Below, piece after piece: positions 18,197 to 26,686 of a stretch of DNA of 64,000 nt. The DNA is from Brevundimonas sp. (GTDB lineage: Bacteria > Pseudomonadota > Alphaproteobacteria > Caulobacterales > Caulobacteraceae). The number at the start of each line of letters is the position of its first letter. Positions within the stretch are counted from its first letter, which is position 1. The DNA is taken from assembly GCF_024711105.1 (NCBI RefSeq), contig NZ_JANJTL010000139.1, positions 147-64,146 on the forward strand, read 5' to 3'. The translations under genes and the position numbers were made by a program. Under the pieces are notes generated by a model. It was not told the origin of the DNA, made no database searches, and worked only from the letters and a program-made list of their open reading frames with translations.

Positions 18197-20287
18197 TTGT
18201 CTGACGCACTGGCAAATTTCAACGCTCAGCGGCCGACTGGCCGCGAGGTCTGGGGTTGGCTCTATCGCGGCGAAGTGGCGATGGCGCTGGGCGTCCTGCT
18301 CATCGTCGTCCTGCTGATCGTCCCGATCCCGACGATGGTGCTGGACCTGCTCCTCGCCATTTCGATCATGTCGTCGGTGCTGATCCTGATGACGGCGCTG
18401 CTGATCAAGAAGCCGCTCGACTTCGCGGTCTTCCCGACGGTGCTGCTGGTCGCGACCCTGTTCCGGCTGGGCCTGAACCTGGCCTCGACGCGCCTGGTGC
18501 TGTCCCACGGTCACGAAGGCACCGCCAGCGCGGGTCAGATCATTGAGGCCTTCGGCAATCTGATGATGAGCGGCAGCTTCGTCATCGGGCTGATCGTCTT
18601 CGCGATCCTCTTGGTGGTGAACTTCGTCGTGATCACCAAGGGCTCGACCCGGATCGCCGAGGTCAGCGCGCGCTTCACGCTCGACTCCATGCCCGGCAAG
18701 CAGATGGCCATCGACGCCGACCTGTCGGCCGGCCTGATCGACGAGAACGAAGCCAAGCGCCGCCGCAAGGAGCTGGAGCAGGAATCGACCTTCTTCGGCG
18801 CCATGGACGGCGCCTCGAAGTTCGTGCGCGGCGATGCGGTCGCCGGCCTGATCATCACCGCCATCAACGCCATCGGCGGCATCCTGATCGGCATGCTCCA
18901 GCACGGCATGGAGGCGGGCGACGCCGCGAACTCCTACGTCGTCCTGACCATCGGCGACGGCCTCGTCACCCAGGTGCCGGCCCTGATCGTGTCGATCGCC
19001 GCGGGATTCCTGGTGTCCAAGGCGGGGGTCGAGGGCTCGGCCGACAAGGCGATGGTCACCCAGCTGGCCACCAACCCCGTCAGCCTGGGCATGGTGTCGG
19101 CTGCGGCCGGCGTGATCGGCCTGATCCCGGGCATGCCGCTGCTGCCCTTCGCCGCCATTGCGGCGGGCGCGGGGGTGCTGGCCTGGCGTCAGGGACGCAA
19201 GCGGCTCGAGCCCGAACCCGTGATCGAGACCAGCGCGCCCTCGGAACCGGCCGAGGAGCCAATCTCCAATGCCTTGGCTATCGACGACGTGAAGATCGAG
19301 CTTGGCTACGCTCTGCTCAGTCTGATCAACGACCTCGAGGGCCGCCGCTTGACCGACCAGATCAAGGCGCTGAGGCGCACGCTTGCGGCCGAGTTCGGCT
19401 TTGTGATGCCACCCGTGCGCATCCTCGACAACATGCGGCTGGCGACCCAGGGCTACGCCATCCGCATCAAGGAGATGGAGGCCGGGTCGGGCGAGGTGCG
19501 CCTCGGCCAGCTGATGGCCATGGACCCGAACGGCCGTCAGGTCGACCTGCCGGGCGAGCATGTTCGTGAACCCGCTTTCGGATTGCCCGCCACCTGGGTC
19601 GACGAGGGGCTGCGCGAAGAGGCGACGTTCAGGGGCTACACCCTCGTCGATCCCTCGACGGTGCTGACGACGCACCTCACCGAGATCCTCAAGGACAACA
19701 TGCCGGACCTGCTGTCCTATGCGGAGGTGCAGAAGCTGCTGAAGGAGCTTCCGACCGAGCAGAAGAAGCTGGTCGAGGACCTTGTGCCGTCGGTGGTGAC
19801 CACCACCACCATTCAGCGCGTCCTGCAGGCCCTGCTGCGCGAGCGTGTGTCGATCCGCGACCTGCCGACGATCCTCGAAGGCCTGGCCGAGGCCGCGCCG
19901 CATACGGCAAGCGTGACCAATCTGGTCGAGCACGTGCGCTCGCGGCTGTCCAAACAGCTGTGCTGGCAGAACCAATCCCCCGACGGTCAGCTCCCGATCA
20001 TCACCATGTCCCCGGAATGGGAGGCCGCCTTCGCCGACGCCATGGTCGGCAACGGCGAGGAACGCCAGCTGGCCATGGCGCCGTCACGCCTGCAGGATTT
20101 CATCCGCGCCGTGCGCGACACCTTCGAGCGGGCAGCGCAGATGGGGGAGGCGGCGGTGCTGCTGACCAGCCCGGGCATCCGTCCCTATGTCCGGTCGATC
20201 ATCGAGCGCTTCCGCGGTCAGACCGTGGTGATGAGCCAGAACGAGGTGCATCCGCGGGCGCGGCTCAAGACGGTCGGGGTGGTCTAG
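18197..20287 (+). CDS. flhA: Flagellar export apparatus protein FlhA
   Basis: 696 aa with a TTG start. FHIPEP family (RFTLDSMPGKQMAIDADL) plus a large cytoplasmic domain. Confidence 0.95.
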   Translation: MSDALANFNAQRPTGREVWGWLYRGEVAMALGVLLIVVLLIVPIPTMVLDLLLAISIMSSVLILMTALLIKKPLDFAVFPTVLLVATLFRLGLNLASTRLVLSHGHEGTASAGQIIEAFGNLMMSGSFVIGLIVFAILLVVNFVVITKGSTRIAEVSARFTLDSMPGKQMAIDADLSAGLIDENEAKRRRKELEQESTFFGAMDGASKFVRGDAVAGLIITAINAIGGILIGMLQHGMEAGDAANSYVVLTIGDGLVTQVPALIVSIAAGFLVSKAGVEGSADKAMVTQLATNPVSLGMVSAAAGVIGLIPGMPLLPFAAIAAGAGVLAWRQGRKRLEPEPVIETSAPSEPAEEPISNALAIDDVKIELGYALLSLINDLEGRRLTDQIKALRRTLAAEFGFVMPPVRILDNMRLATQGYAIRIKEMEAGSGEVRLGQLMAMDPNGRQVDLPGEHVREPAFGLPATWVDEGLREEATFRGYTLVDPSTVLTTHLTEILKDNMPDLLSYAEVQKLLKELPTEQKKLVEDLVPSVVTTTTIQRVLQALLRERVSIRDLPTILEGLAEAAPHTASVTNLVEHVRSRLSKQLCWQNQSPDGQLPIITMSPEWEAAFADAMVGNGEERQLAMAPSRLQDFIRAVRDTFERAAQMGEAAVLLTSPGIRPYVRSIIERFRGQTVVMSQNEVHPRARLKTVGVV

Positions 20288-20314
20288 GGCGCAGGGACGC
20301 GCTAGCGACGCGGC

Positions 20315-21664
20315 ATGTCGCTTCGCGTCCTTCTGACCAGAGCCGAGCAGCGCGGTTTCGGCCCTCGCGTGCTGGCCCTGCTCGCTGTCGGCTTTCTGCT
20401 GCTGATCGCGATCAATGGCGTGTCGATCTGGTCGTCGAGCCTGCTCGACAGCCAGCTTCAACGGGTCGAGCACACCCGCAATGTACGCGCGACGATCGGC
20501 GCGATGGAGACCAGCCTTGCACGTAATGAGGCCGAGCACCGCGCCTTCCTGCTAACCGGCGAGGACGGCCATGCCCGGGCGGCCGAGGACGCGGGGGCCC
20601 GGGCTGGTGAGTCATTCATCCAGCTGAGAGAGCTGGTCGCGGAGGATCCCGACCAGGTCCGCCGCCTGGATGCCATCAGTCCCCTACTGGCCGAGCAACT
20701 GGCCCTGAGCGAGCAGATCGTGCGCAACGCACGCTCGGGTCAGGCCTACGCCGCCCTCATGGTGGTGCGGTCCGGCCGCGGCGCCGATCTGGCGGCGCGC
20801 ATCGGCCACCGCCTCCAGGAGGTCGACGCTTTCGAACTCGACCAGCTCCGCGATCAGGCCGGTACGGTGGAGAACGCTTCGAGAGCGAGCCTCTATTTCG
20901 CGACGTTCGGGACAGGGCTGGTGGTTCTGATCGGGGGCGCCAGCGTGTGGCTGATATGGCGGTATCTGGCCGCGCTCCATCAGGCGCAGGATCGCCTGGC
21001 GCGCGCCAACGAGGAACTGGAGGCCCGTGTGGAGGCGCGGACCGCCGATCTCAGCCAGGCGCGCGACCGGGCCGAGGCCATGCTGCGCGAAGTGAACCAC
21101 CGCGTCGGAAACAGCCTGCAGCTGGTCTCCAGCTTTATCTCGCTGCAAAGCCGCCGCCTCGACGATCCAGAGGCCAAGGAAGCCCTGCGCGCCACACAGG
21201 CGCGGATCGAGGCCGTGTCGCAGGTGCACCGCCGTCTCTATACCTCGGCTGAGGTCGGGGAGGTGGCGCTCGACGATTATCTGACCGCGCTTGCGGAAGA
21301 GCTGCGCCAGTCCCTGTGCGCCGAGCCGGGCGCGCCGACGATCGAGGTGGAGGCCCAGCCCGTCGTGACGAACACGGACAAGGCCGTCGCGGTCGGCGTG
21401 CTGGTGGCCGAACTGGTCACCAACGCGGTGAAGTACGCCTATCCGAAGGGTCAGGGCGGCGAGATTCGCGTACGGCTGGACGAGATCGCGAATGAGGCGC
21501 GGCTGGTAGTCGAGGACGATGGCGTGGGCCTCAGCGGCGGGCCGCCCAAGGGCACTGGGCTGGGCGGAGCCATCGTGGCGGCCATGGCCAAGGACCTGAA
21601 GACCAAGATCGAGTACCAGTCCGGCGAGCCCGGCGTGCGGGCGCTCGTGAGATTCGCCGCCTGA
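20315..21664 (+). CDS. CHASE3-type sensor histidine kinase with HisKA_2/HWE-type core
   Basis: Two TM segments flank a CHASE3-like sensor, followed by a coiled coil. H-box EVNHRVGNSLQLVSS. HATPase_c (VVEDDGVGL, GTGLGG). Confidence 0.8.
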   Translation: MSLRVLLTRAEQRGFGPRVLALLAVGFLLLIAINGVSIWSSSLLDSQLQRVEHTRNVRATIGAMETSLARNEAEHRAFLLTGEDGHARAAEDAGARAGESFIQLRELVAEDPDQVRRLDAISPLLAEQLALSEQIVRNARSGQAYAALMVVRSGRGADLAARIGHRLQEVDAFELDQLRDQAGTVENASRASLYFATFGTGLVVLIGGASVWLIWRYLAALHQAQDRLARANEELEARVEARTADLSQARDRAEAMLREVNHRVGNSLQLVSSFISLQSRRLDDPEAKEALRATQARIEAVSQVHRRLYTSAEVGEVALDDYLTALAEELRQSLCAEPGAPTIEVEAQPVVTNTDKAVAVGVLVAELVTNAVKYAYPKGQGGEIRVRLDEIANEARLVVEDDGVGLSGGPPKGTGLGGAIVAAMAKDLKTKIEYQSGEPGVRALVRFAA

Positions 21665-22422
21665 TGCGTCCGCCCGTCGTCATCCTCGACAAGCCGCAGT
21701 TGGCCGAGAACATCGGCGCGGTCGCGCGCGTCATGGCCAACTTCGGCCTGGAAGAACTGAGGCTGGTCAGTCCGCGCGACGGCTGGCCGCAGGACCGGGC
21801 CTGGGCGGCGGCGTCAGGCGCGGACTGGGTGCTCGACGGAGTGAAGGTCTTCGCCAGCGTGCCGGAGGCCATTGCCGATTTGCAGGTCGTTTGGGCCACC
21901 ACCGGCCGTCCGCGCGATCTGCGCATGGAGGTCCGCACCCCGCGCGAGGCCATGCAGGGTCTGCACGCGGAGGTCCGCGCAGGCCAGGTTGTCGGCCTGC
22001 TGTTCGGCGGAGAGCGCACGGGGCTTGAGACCGACGAACTGGTGCTCTGCCAGGGGATCATCACCATTCCGGTCGACGAGCGGCACAAGTCGCTGAACCT
22101 GGCCCAGGCAGTGGCGCTGGCCGCCTACGAATGGCGGCTGGGCGTCGACGCGGCCGCGCCGGCCATCCTGGGAGAGGCCGAAGCGCCCGCGCCGCAGGGC
22201 GAGCTCGAGGGCATGTTCGGCCACCTGGAGGCAGAGCTGGAGGACGGCGGCTTTTTCCACCCGCCGGAGAAGAAGCCGACCATGGTCCGGGCCATCCGGG
22301 CCCTGTTCGGGCGTGCGCGCCTGTCGGCCCAGGAGGTCAGGATGATGCGCGGCATGATCGTGGCGCTGTCGAAGGGGCGGGGTCGGGTGCTGGCCAAACG
22401 CGCGCAGGCCTCTCAGGATTGA
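21664..22422 (+). CDS. trmJ: SpoU/TrmH-family RNA 2'-O-methyltransferase (TrmJ-like)
   Basis: The start overlaps the kinase stop (TGATG). AENIGAVARVMANFGLEELRLV is typical of the TrmJ/LasT group. Confidence 0.65.
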   Translation: MRPPVVILDKPQLAENIGAVARVMANFGLEELRLVSPRDGWPQDRAWAAASGADWVLDGVKVFASVPEAIADLQVVWATTGRPRDLRMEVRTPREAMQGLHAEVRAGQVVGLLFGGERTGLETDELVLCQGIITIPVDERHKSLNLAQAVALAAYEWRLGVDAAAPAILGEAEAPAPQGELEGMFGHLEAELEDGGFFHPPEKKPTMVRAIRALFGRARLSAQEVRMMRGMIVALSKGRGRVLAKRAQASQD

Positions 22423-22458
22423 CTTTGCGGCCTGCGGCCGTCATAAGCCGCGCCTTCA

Positions 22459-22491
22459 CGCCCGGACCCGCAAGTCCGGGCGCGTTCTATT
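22459..22491 (+). terminator. Hairpin terminator candidate after trmJ
   Basis: 9-bp stem CGCCCGGAC / GTCCGGGCG, followed by CGTTCTATT. Confidence 0.4.
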
Positions 22492-22571
22492 ACGGACGAT
22501 GCGTGGACCGCCGTTGAGATCGCATTCCCGATCGTGGGGATGCCGGGCCGCATCAAGAAGAGAGTGACGTC

Positions 22572-23189
22572 ATGTCCAAGCGCCACAGCGCCAAGTACAA
22601 ACTCGACCGGGCCATGGGTGAAAACCTGTGGGGCCGCTCGAAGTCCCCGGTCAACAAGCGGTCCTACGGCCCCGGCCAGCACGGCCAGCGCCGCAAGTCC
22701 AAGGTCTCTGACTTCGGCCTGCAGCTGAAGGCCAAGCAGAAGCTGAAGGGCTACTACGGCAACCTGACCGAGAAGCAGTTCCGCAAGACCTACGACGAGG
22801 CCGCCCGCCGCAAGGGCAACACCTCCGAGTTGCTAATCGGCCTGCTCGAGCAGCGCCTGGACGCCGTCGTCTACCGCGCCAAGTTCGTCCCGACCCCCTG
22901 GGCCGCCCGCCAGTTCGTCAACCACGGCCACGTGACCGTCAACGGCAAGAAGGTGAACATCGCCTCCTACCGCGTGAAGATCGGCGATGTCGTTGAGGTC
23001 AAGGAAAAGTCCCGCAACATGGCCCTGGTGCTCGAAGCCCAGCAGTCGTCGGAGCGTGACGTTCCCGACTATCTGGAAATCGGCGACCGCGGCTTCTCGG
23101 TCCGCTTCGTCCGCGTGCCGGAACTGGCCGAAGTGCCGTACCCGGTGAAGATGGAGCCGAACCTGGTCGTCGAATACTACGCCTCCTAA
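22572..23189 (+). CDS. rpsD: 30S ribosomal protein S4
   Basis: 205 aa. [22 protein letters not shown] and an S4 RNA-binding domain. Confidence 0.97.
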   Translation: MSKRHSAKYKLDRAMGENLWGRSKSPVNKRSYGPGQHGQRRKSKVSDFGLQLKAKQKLKGYYGNLTEKQFRKTYDEAARRKGNTSELLIGLLEQRLDAVVYRAKFVPTPWAARQFVNHGHVTVNGKKVNIASYRVKIGDVVEVKEKSRNMALVLEAQQSSERDVPDYLEIGDRGFSVRFVRVPELAEVPYPVKMEPNLVVEYYAS

Positions 23190-23213
23190 GCGTAGCGACC
23201 CGGCTGAAAGACG

Positions 23214-23246
23214 AAGGCCTCGGAGCGATCCGGGGCCTTTTCGTTT
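23214..23246 (+). terminator. Rho-independent terminator after rpsD
   Basis: AAGGCCTCGGA / TCCGGGGCCTT stem with a GCGA loop and a TTTTCGTTT tail. It is nearly the same hairpin as the rplA terminator. Confidence 0.65.
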
Positions 23247-23326
23247 GCGCCTTTCGGATCGTTCACGTGCGGTTCAACCAGCTTGGCCGTAAGCTGCGGT
23301 CACGCTTGCAAGCCAAGGGGACCCAA

Positions 23327-23452
23327 ATGCTGCGTATCGCTCTCGCCATCCTTGTCGCCGCGCCGTTGCTGGCCGGCTGTATCGTCATCGCCGCGGACGA
23401 CCATCCGCATCCTCACGACCGACAGCACGGCTCGGAGCACCACGAGGACTGA
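23327..23452 (+). CDS. Small His/Asp-rich lipoprotein (hypothetical)
   Basis: ATG 23327. Lipobox LLAGC. Tail DDHPHPHDRQHGSEHHED. Confidence 0.4.
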   Translation: MLRIALAILVAAPLLAGCIVIAADDHPHPHDRQHGSEHHED

Positions 23453-23482
23453 TCAGGGGGCCCCGGAGGGGGCCTTCGCAGT

Positions 23483-23902
23483 TCAGCCCGCCAGCGGGGT
23501 CAGCATGTTTGGCGGGATCCGGGCCGGCCGCATGGTGCGGGCGTCCACGAGCACCCATTCCGAGACGCCCTGGGCGCATAGCTGGCCGGCCTCGTTCTCG
23601 ATCCGGACATAGCGATTGAAGCGGGCGCCCTGGGGATCGCCGACCCAGGTGCGGGCGACGGGCGCTGAACCCGGAGGCAGGGCGCGGAAGTAATCGACCT
23701 CGTGGCGCGAAGCGACCCACGACCAGAGGGCGCGGGTGTCGGCGTCGAAGCGGGCGGTCCAGTGCGCCGTGCCCACGTCCTGCAGCCAGCGGACATAGAC
23801 CACGTTGTTGACGTGACCGTTCTCGTCGATGTCGGCGTCCGTGACCTGCAGGGGGACGACGAAGACCTCGCGGTCGTCTCGCGGCTGGAGCTCGCGCCTC
23901 AC
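23483..23902 (-). CDS. Acyl-CoA thioesterase (4HBT/YbgC-like hot-dog)
   Basis: VTDADIDENGHVNNVVYVRWLQ motif. The start overlaps the grxD stop. Confidence 0.7.
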   Translation of the reverse strand: MRRELQPRDDREVFVVPLQVTDADIDENGHVNNVVYVRWLQDVGTAHWTARFDADTRALWSWVASRHEVDYFRALPPGSAPVARTWVGDPQGARFNRYVRIENEAGQLCAQGVSEWVLVDARTMRPARIPPNMLTPLAG

Positions 23903-24243
23903 GCCGGCAGCACGCCCTTTTCGCCGAGCAGCGTCTGAAGCTCCCCGGACTGGAACATCTCCTTGACGATGTCGCTGCCGCCCACGAACTCCTGCTTCAC
24001 ATATAGCTGCGGGATGGTCGGCCAGTCGCTGTAGGTCTTGATGCCCTCGCGCAGGCCCTCGTCCTGGAGCACGTCGACGCCGACGAACTCGACGCCGAGG
24101 TGATCCAGCACCTGGACCACGAGCGAGGAGAAGCCGCAGCGCGGCATGTCGGGCGAGCCCTTCATGAAGAGGACGACGGGATGGTCCGCCACGGTCTTGT
24201 CGATGAAGGCGCGGACGGGCTCTGGGGTGGCTTCGGCGGTCAC
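23899..24243 (-). CDS. grxD: Monothiol glutaredoxin (Grx4 family)
   Basis: 114 aa with a CGFS active site (MPRCGFSS). Confidence 0.9.
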   Translation of the reverse strand: MTAEATPEPVRAFIDKTVADHPVVLFMKGSPDMPRCGFSSLVVQVLDHLGVEFVGVDVLQDEGLREGIKTYSDWPTIPQLYVKQEFVGGSDIVKEMFQSGELQTLLGEKGVLPA

Positions 24244-24294
24244 GGGAGGGGCCTTTCGGATCAGGCCTTCAGCTAGGCGCCGCGACCCTCAGGG

Positions 24295-25218
24295 TCAAGC
24301 CGACTTGGCTTGGGCAGCCTGGTTCACCCGCGCCATTTCGATCTGGGCCGGCAGGCCGGGCGGCAAGTCGCGATCCGGTATGGCGGTGAGTTCCTCCAGC
24401 CGCTTGTCGTCGGCGGTGTCGATGAGCACCGTCGACAGGGTCGGCTCGGTCAGGGCGTAGGCGAGGCAGATCTCCTCGGCCGTCCAGTTCGGCGTCTGGT
24501 GCAGGAAGGCGAAGGTGCCGACGCCCTTGAAGATGGGATCCTTCTTCGGCCCGCCCAGGCCGAACAGACCGCGCTTGGGCTGGCCATGCGTCTCGGCCTT
24601 CTTCGGACTGGAGAGGGTCTTCGGGAAATAGTCGTAGCCGATGACGGCCATGTCGCGTTCGACGGCGGCGCGAATGCGGTTGCGCGTCGCCCAGGACGCC
24701 TCGACGTTGAAGGGCGTGACCAGAACGTCGAAGGCATTCGTCGAGACGTAGGCGTCCATCACGTCCTCGTCGCCGGCCACGCCGAGCATGCGGACGGAAC
24801 CGGCAGAACGCAGGGCCTTGAGCGCGGAGAGGGTGGCCTGGGGCAGTTCATCGACGGCCGGCTCGTCCAGCAGCACCAGGTCGATGTGGCCGAGGCGCGA
24901 GGCGGCCAGCACCTGGTCGATCGATGCGGTTAGCGACTCCGGTGAAAAGTCGCGAACGCGGCGGCCGCGCTCGGTTCGCTGCCCGATGCGCACGGCGAGG
25001 AAGACCAGCCGGCGGTCGACCGCCGCCATGGCTGAGCCGGCCAGCTCGGCCAGGACAGGGTCCGCGCACTCCAGATGGAAGGTGTTCACCCCATGTTCCA
25101 TGGCCGCAACGACCAGATCACGGGCTCCGGCGCGACCGCGGGCCAGGGTCGCGTCGCCGAGGTTGAGGGTGACGGCCGAGACGGCGTTTCCGGAGCGGCC
25201 AAACGGACGATAGCGCAT
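24295..25218 (-). CDS. Aldo/keto reductase
   Basis: 307-aa ORF with an AKR-like layout (MRYRPFGRSGNAVSAVTLNLG, GVNTFHLE, LDEPAVDEL). Confidence 0.8.
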   Translation of the reverse strand: MRYRPFGRSGNAVSAVTLNLGDATLARGRAGARDLVVAAMEHGVNTFHLECADPVLAELAGSAMAAVDRRLVFLAVRIGQRTERGRRVRDFSPESLTASIDQVLAASRLGHIDLVLLDEPAVDELPQATLSALKALRSAGSVRMLGVAGDEDVMDAYVSTNAFDVLVTPFNVEASWATRNRIRAAVERDMAVIGYDYFPKTLSSPKKAETHGQPKRGLFGLGGPKKDPIFKGVGTFAFLHQTPNWTAEEICLAYALTEPTLSTVLIDTADDKRLEELTAIPDRDLPPGLPAQIEMARVNQAAQAKSA

Positions 25219-25231
25219 CGGGATCAGGCTC

Positions 25232-25465
25232 TCAGGTCAGGGGACGGGTTTCGAGGGCGAGGGCGTGCAGTTCGCCCCCCATGCGGCCGCCGAGGGCGGC
25301 GTAGACGAGCTGGTGCTGGCGAACCCGCGGCAGGCCCTTGAAGGCGTCCGAGGCGATGCGCGCGCGGTAGTGGTCGCCGTCGCCGGCGAGATCCTGGATC
25401 TCGATCTCGGCGTCCGGAAAGGCCTCTCTCAGGCAGGCTTCCAGCGCCTCGACGGGCATGGGCAT
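25232..25465 (-). CDS. BolA/IbaG family protein
   Basis: ATG 25465 (MPMPVEAL) has GGAG 7 nt upstream. Contains DGDHYRARIASDAFKGLPRVRQHQLVYAAL. Confidence 0.8.
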   Translation of the reverse strand: MPMPVEALEACLREAFPDAEIEIQDLAGDGDHYRARIASDAFKGLPRVRQHQLVYAALGGRMGGELHALALETRPLT

Positions 25466-25551
25466 GAACGCGCTCCACGATTCGAGACGGCAGCTTGGGC
25501 CGTAAACCTTAAGGAGGGGCAACCAAACCGGGCGGCAGCTGCTCCCTCCAT

Positions 25552-25656
25552 CGTCATCCCGGCCGGCGCGCGCCGCGCGCAGAGCCGGGACCTAAATGCC
25601 GCGTCGACATCGAGCTTAGGCCCCGGATCACGGCTGCGCCGTGTCCGGGGTGACGG
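25552..25656 (+). repeat. Bipartite double-hairpin repeat, copy 1
   Basis: Shares the arms CGTCATCCCGGCC, AGAGCCGGGACC, AGCTTAGGCCCCGGATC and GTCCGGGGTGACGG with copy 2. The arms pair as TCCCGGC/GCCGGGA and CCCCGGA/TCCGGGG. Confidence 0.7.
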
Positions 25657-26212
25657 ATACGCCGGATCGCTCTCCGGCTTTCGCTCGGAGGGTGTGGGGA
25701 GGCGGGCGGAGCAGGGCCTTTGGCCCGGAACCGTGTGTGCGTCCGTGCTTTCGCCGTAGGACGCGGGTGTGTTTTCGGCCTTGAGCCATGCTCCGCCTCG
25801 GTCGGTTCACGCGAGCGGACTGTTATCTGGGCTCATCGCCGGGACCCTGGCGAGGACCCTACCTCGCCGGGCTTGGTCGGACCCGGTTCGCCCCCCTACA
25901 GCCAACTCGGCCCGCGACGGGCTGGAGGCACAGGCGCCTCCAGGGCTCCGGGCTTATCCCGGACAGTCACCGCCCGCGTGCCGGCCTCTACCGCGAGGGC
26001 CAGGAACGTCCTTGAAGCAAGGCGCACCAGCCCAGGGGTCTTGCAGCCGGCCGATAGCTAAGGCGGTTCAGACCCGCTCGACCGATCCCCGCCGCCGCTT
26101 CGGAGCCTGGATCCTGGCGCCTCCCCATGCGGCGGGGACGACAAGGAGTGTGCGCCTGTTTTCAGGGGCGGGGGTTTGGGGTGGGGATTTTCTCCAAAAC
26201 ACCCGCATCTCG

Positions 26213-26322
26213 CGTCATCCCGGCCGCAGGCCCGCAGGGCCGAAGAGCCGGGACCCAAGCGCACGCGGCCCAATCCAGCTTAGGCCCCGGATCGCTCGCT
26301 GCGCTCGCGTCCGGGGTGACGG
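26213..26322 (+). repeat. Bipartite double-hairpin repeat, copy 2 (same orientation)
   Basis: Same four conserved arms as copy 1, with different loop sequences. Confidence 0.7.
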
Positions 26323-26376
26323 GGGAGGGCGGAGGGGTGTCGAAGACACCCGCTTCGATGGGGGAGTTCAGGCAGC

Positions 26377-26607
26377 CTAAGGCGCTTCTTCCTCGCCGCC
26401 CTCGGACTCCTCAGCGGCGTATTCGTCTCCGGCGGCGTAGTCTTCTTCGGTCATGCCTTCCTCGGCGGCGCCTTCCTCGGCGGCGTCGGTAGCGGTGTCC
26501 TCAGCCGACGCGGCGTCTTCGCCGGTGCTGTAGGACACTTCACAAGCCGACAGGCCCAGCGAGGCGGCCGCGACGGCGGCGATGGAAATCAGGTGAATAG
26601 GACGCAT
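26377..26607 (-). CDS. Small acidic (Asp/Glu/Ala-rich) lipoprotein, hypothetical
   Basis: Signal plus lipobox ASLGLSAC. The mature part is about 50 aa of E/D/A-rich sequence. Confidence 0.5.
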   Translation of the reverse strand: MRPIHLISIAAVAAASLGLSACEVSYSTGEDAASAEDTATDAAEEGAAEEGMTEEDYAAGDEYAAEESEGGEEEAP

Positions 26608-26686
26608 GGAATCGAGCCTCCCCGCTCGGTTGAACGGCCAAGCTTGGCGCGTTTTCGGCGAGGAGTCGATAACGGTGTTAGGCCGA

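Noticed and set aside
18173-19975. 600-aa ORF on the minus strand
   Set aside because: Antisense to flhA. Its composition (His/Arg/Gln/Asp runs) is non-protein-like. It is a shadow ORF.
25660-26210. Possible RNase P RNA, tmRNA or SRP RNA in the gene-free region
   Set aside because: Short resemblances to E. coli M1 RNA occur (CTTGAGCCA, TAACAGTCCG, CCGGGCTTATC), but they fall on opposite strands. The near-invariant GGAAAGTCCGGGC and ACAGAACCCGGCTTA blocks are absent. There is no tmRNA tag frame, no T-arm/CCA end and no SRP GGAAGGAAGCAGCC motif. The region is kept only as an unclassified candidate.
25769-26380. 203-aa ORF inside the gene-free region
   Set aside because: Third-position GC is clearly lower than in real genes here. 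The product is Arg/Pro/Gly/Ser-rich and reads through repeat copy 2 and a G-quadruplex motif.
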